Shown: positions 58,801 through 64,000 of the stretch, piece after piece
Numbering within the stretch: position 1 is the stretch's first letter
Layout of the letters: each line of letters begins with the position of its first letter
DNA from: Tepidisphaera sp.
GTDB lineage: Bacteria > Planctomycetota > Phycisphaerae > Phycisphaerales > UBA1924
Assembly (NCBI GenBank): GCA_050916045.1
Contig: CP051526.1
Span: 1,472,001 to 1,536,000 of the forward strand
Length of the DNA: 64,000 nt
Direction: 5' to 3'
Translations under genes and position numbers: made by a program
Notes under the pieces: model-generated
What the model saw: the letters and a program-made list of their open reading frames with translations, nothing else
The model's database searches: none
Told to the model about the DNA's origin: nothing

Positions 58801-60979
58801 CGCAGGCATGAAGATCGGCCGCGGGTGCGAGATCAGCACGATCTCCGATGTCGTTCCCGAGAACATCCGAATCGGCTCGAACAGTTTCTTCGCCGATGGA
58901 ATCTACCTTGGCGGTCCGAGAGTCCACCAGGGAACGGTGACCATCAGTGACACGTCGCTCGGACGAGGCACTTTCCTGGGCAACCACGTCATTATTCCCG
59001 CTGGTGCCACCCTCCCCGACGATCTGTTCATCGGCGTCTGCACCGTGGCCGATGCGGCGCGAGCACGCAAGGGCAGTTCCTGGTTCGGACACCCTTCGCT
59101 TGAACTGCCCAGACGCGACGTCGTCAAAGTTGATCCGAGTCTGACGCACAATCCCGGTATGGTGCGGTACTGCAATCGGCTCTTCTGGGAGTCGCTTCGA
59201 TTCACCTTGCCGATCTTGCCCCTCGCCGTGGTTTGCCTTTGGATGTGGGCGGTGACAAGTACCAAAGCGGAAGGGGCCTTGCTTGTCCTGGTGGTCGCGC
59301 CGGCCCTGACGCTGGCCGCGATCATCGCCGAGTGCTTTGCGGTCGTTGCTCTCAAGTGGCTGCTCCTGGGTCGCACCCGCGCAGGCCAGCACCCCCTCTG
59401 GTCATGCTGGTGTAGCCGGTGGGACTTCCTGTACGTCGCGTGGCAGTTCTACGCGCTCCGCCCTTTGGCCGCCGTGGAGGGAACGCTCTTTCTCGCGATG
59501 TATCTGAGGGCTATGGGTGTTCGCGTCGGTCGGCGCGTCGTCCTCGGGCCGGGCATGGCGCAAGTCGCCGACCCCGACATGATCATCATTGAAGACGACG
59601 CGACCGTCAACGCCAACTACCAAGCCCATAGCTTCGAAGATCGCATGCTCAAGACTGCTCCGGTCGTCGTCCGACGCGGCGCGACGATTGGCGAGTCCGC
59701 GGTCGTCTTCTATGGGGCCGACGTCGGCGAGAACGCGTGGGTGACGCCGAACAGCGTCGTCATGAAGAACGAGCGGCCTGCACCGGGGCTGTCCTATAGC
59801 GGCTGCCCGGTCCAGTCGCTCGACAGCGGTGAGACTGATCGTAAAGCCCCGGAGCCAGCACCTTCGGTTGCAGAGCTCGCAGCTCCAACCGCTCCCGCGG
59901 ATCGTCAACCCTTCCTCGATGTCGCCCGAGGCGTCGCCGTCTTGGGGATGATCTACATGCACTTTGTCCCCGCCGAGAAGACGGAAGCGACGCTCGCCAG
60001 TGTTTGGACGGCGATCTCTGCATTTCTGGAAGGCAAGGCCGCAGCGCTGTTCTGTGTGCTTGCTGGTATCGCGTGGGAGATTCACGCCCAGCGTGCCGCC
60101 CAGTCCCCACACGGCCGATGGTACCTTCCCCGTCGGGTTCTCTCCTTGCTGCTTCTCGGCGTCGCTTTCCACATTCTGGCCTGGCCCACCGAGATATTGG
60201 TGCCGTTCTCGCTCATGATGGTGCTCGCGCTCGGGCTGCGTCGACTGGGCAGACAGACGATGCTTGCCGCCGCGGTGCTGCTTCTTCTGCTCGCTCCGGC
60301 GGTGCCGGCTTTCTTCGGGCACTACATCGAGTCCGACTGGGCAGAGGACGGCAGCCACTTGGCCGATGGCTCGCTCGGATGGGTCACGGTGCGAGCCTTG
60401 CTGTTCGATGGGAGTTACCCCATCTTGCCCTGGCTCGCGTTCCCGCTCATCGGGATGCTGATGGTGCCGTGCTGGAAATGCCCGCCATCGAACAAACGGT
60501 GGTTCGGGTCCGCGGTCGGCGTGTACCTGGCTTGCCAGGCCTTTGTCTACTGGGTTGATTCGAACGCGGAAGCCATGAACGGCCTTGAGGCTTATCTCGG
60601 AAGCACCTGGGTGCCGACATCCGCGATGTTTGTCTTGATCACCGGAAGCTCCGCCATCGCCATCATCTCTGGCCTGGCGTGGTTGCGGGGTGCGGGCGGG
60701 GGGGGCGTGGGGGGCGTGGGGGGAAGTGGGGAGAGGGCCTCAATCCAGTCGCTCGTGGCACTGCTCGGACGCGCGTCACTGACACACTACCTTCTGCACA
60801 TCTGCATCGTCTATCTCCCGCTGCGCACGCTTCTCGGCCATGAGGACTGGTCTGCGCAGGTCGGGGTCTGGGCATTTGGCGGATACGTCACCCTCGCTGT
60901 CCCGCTTACGGCACTGTGGTTCCGACGATTCAAGCGGGGGCCCGTTGAATCCCTCTGGGCATTCGCGTCCGGCTCTTGA
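55859..60979 (+). CDS. Pls/PosA-type single-module NRPS-like poly-amino-acid synthetase (A-T-three TM/LbH units) with a C-terminal DUF1624/DUF418-like membrane domain
   Basis: A domain AYVIYTSGTTGAPKG, YDSSIEE, NGYGPTE, YRTGDL, GKIDR; T domain FFLALGGDSL; three LGAKVGRRV / AGMKIGRG / MGVRVGRRV LbH segments between TM pairs; no C or TE domain; tail FLDVARGVAVLGM...LGRASLTHYLLH...FKRGPVE. Confidence 0.88.
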   Translation: MSEARTPHLLHFFFDKTAREHPAQIAVDVPPGPGRPERVLLTYADMLARADALAAVLTSFAWPDSVVGILLPRNSPWLYIAQLAVLKAGGAFTCLDPAFPDSHVEAVLKDGDVSVLLTDRGGIGRINAAGVRVHNLIDVTAPRAARVEPASPRALAPPKPENLAYVIYTSGTTGAPKGVMIEHRSIVNLVVSDIEEFGLTPGDRVGQGSSAAYDSSIEETWLAFAVGATLVVMDDHTSRMGPDLISWLRRERISVFCPPPTLLRTTGCDDPESALPDLKLLYVGGEALTEDLAERWGRGRRLVNGYGPTECTVTVVRGDVVSGRPVTIGRPVAGHSAWVLDSQLNPVADGEDGELCLSGVGLARGYRNREEVTREKFPVHPSLGRLYRTGDLVRREPDGELVYLGRIDAQVKLRGYRVELEAIEACLAQCPGVREAACRVQGDGSSAVLVAHIVATDADAPFDSATIKETLRGKLPPYMVPARFGLLESLPRSIGGKIDRKRLPELEPDLQDLTREVVTPSNELEATIVGAFASALRISTPISVQDDFFLALGGDSLSAVEVICTLRKNAQTASVTTRDLYETRTAAALAGILGAKRIKRPLLQPQRQAVDAGPARHVLTTAAQGLWILLQLIAVGAVGYAAVFDLLPLLLERFGLLGTILIEIPLVLASMVAYAASAIFVTVVLKLALIGEYRLIRTPVWSSYYLRHWIVQSAARTIPWDWLAGTTASGAVLRLLGAKVGRRVHVHRGVNLQQGGWDLLTLGDDVTLGHDAHVGLVSLESGCLCIGPVHIHDRATLDTRASVSGHTTIETGGYLTALSWLPEGERIPAGERWDGVPAAPDGHAPTAPKSDAGGRIHPHLYTLLHLLITGLVRSATPIPFLVALYALSQVLGVSAEQVQSWLSDPSWSAESTVVLAAVSVLSVPIGLVIRAIGIRCLGRVRPSIIHRWSLAYLRVWHKTAVVESAGMWLTGTLFWPQWLRLAGMKIGRGCEISTISDVVPENIRIGSNSFFADGIYLGGPRVHQGTVTISDTSLGRGTFLGNHVIIPAGATLPDDLFIGVCTVADAARARKGSSWFGHPSLELPRRDVVKVDPSLTHNPGMVRYCNRLFWESLRFTLPILPLAVVCLWMWAVTSTKAEGALLVLVVAPALTLAAIIAECFAVVALKWLLLGRTRAGQHPLWSCWCSRWDFLYVAWQFYALRPLAAVEGTLFLAMYLRAMGVRVGRRVVLGPGMAQVADPDMIIIEDDATVNANYQAHSFEDRMLKTAPVVVRRGATIGESAVVFYGADVGENAWVTPNSVVMKNERPAPGLSYSGCPVQSLDSGETDRKAPEPAPSVAELAAPTAPADRQPFLDVARGVAVLGMIYMHFVPAEKTEATLASVWTAISAFLEGKAAALFCVLAGIAWEIHAQRAAQSPHGRWYLPRRVLSLLLLGVAFHILAWPTEILVPFSLMMVLALGLRRLGRQTMLAAAVLLLLLAPAVPAFFGHYIESDWAEDGSHLADGSLGWVTVRALLFDGSYPILPWLAFPLIGMLMVPCWKCPPSNKRWFGSAVGVYLACQAFVYWVDSNAEAMNGLEAYLGSTWVPTSAMFVLITGSSAIAIISGLAWLRGAGGGGVGGVGGSGERASIQSLVALLGRASLTHYLLHICIVYLPLRTLLGHEDWSAQVGVWAFGGYVTLAVPLTALWFRRFKRGPVESLWAFASGS

Positions 60980-61151
60980 GACAGTGGCACGCACCGCCGC
61001 AGAGGTTCCGGTGGCACGCCCGACGGAGCTTTCGTGGACGACGTCAGATCATGCACGAGAGTCCCGGAGACGGACGGCCCATGTGACCATTCGGTGAACG
61101 ACAGACTCGAAGACCGTCAGGGACGGATCTGGTTCGCGACCCATCCGAGTA

Positions 61152-64000
<2,849 letters not shown>

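Noticed and set aside
60690..60732. G-rich GGGGGCGTG repeat as a frameshift or phase-variation site
   Set aside because: The frame stays open, encoding a Gly-rich loop, and DUF418-like motifs continue downstream.

Overview
High-GC bacterial genomic window with no rRNA, tRNA, CRISPR array, integrase or transposase recognised. Three secreted proteins end in a duplicated DFNxDxFxDFFDYD...ETGC (GC-type dockerin-like) tail, and there are CPxCxY..CPECG membrane proteins and a TPR-rich Ser/Thr kinase; these features suggest Planctomycetota, probably Phycisphaerales (inference). Housekeeping genes include iscS-iscU-iscA, amn, pgi, nadK, tsaD, an S41 protease, a YbaL-type antiporter, a DUF1338 dioxygenase, and GH2-like and GH95 hydrolases. 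Three accessory loci stand out. (1) 4337-10302 is an integron-like array of five co-oriented, unrelated single genes. They are separated by modular hairpin repeats built on the inverted core GGCGGGTGGCAC (just after stops) / GTGCCACCCGCC (just before starts), with no recombinase in the window. (2) 28738-32186 encodes a Sec-signal, double-glycine-like leader, 12-Cys peptide, then a membrane-anchored partner and a signal-peptide-bearing C39 peptidase-DUF1573 fusion. (3) 55331-60979 encodes a SET-domain methyltransferase next to a Pls/PosA-type poly-amino-acid synthetase with an extra C-terminal DUF1624/DUF418-like membrane domain. All family assignments are from visual motif recognition, not database searches; start codons were chosen by RBS and signal-peptide logic.
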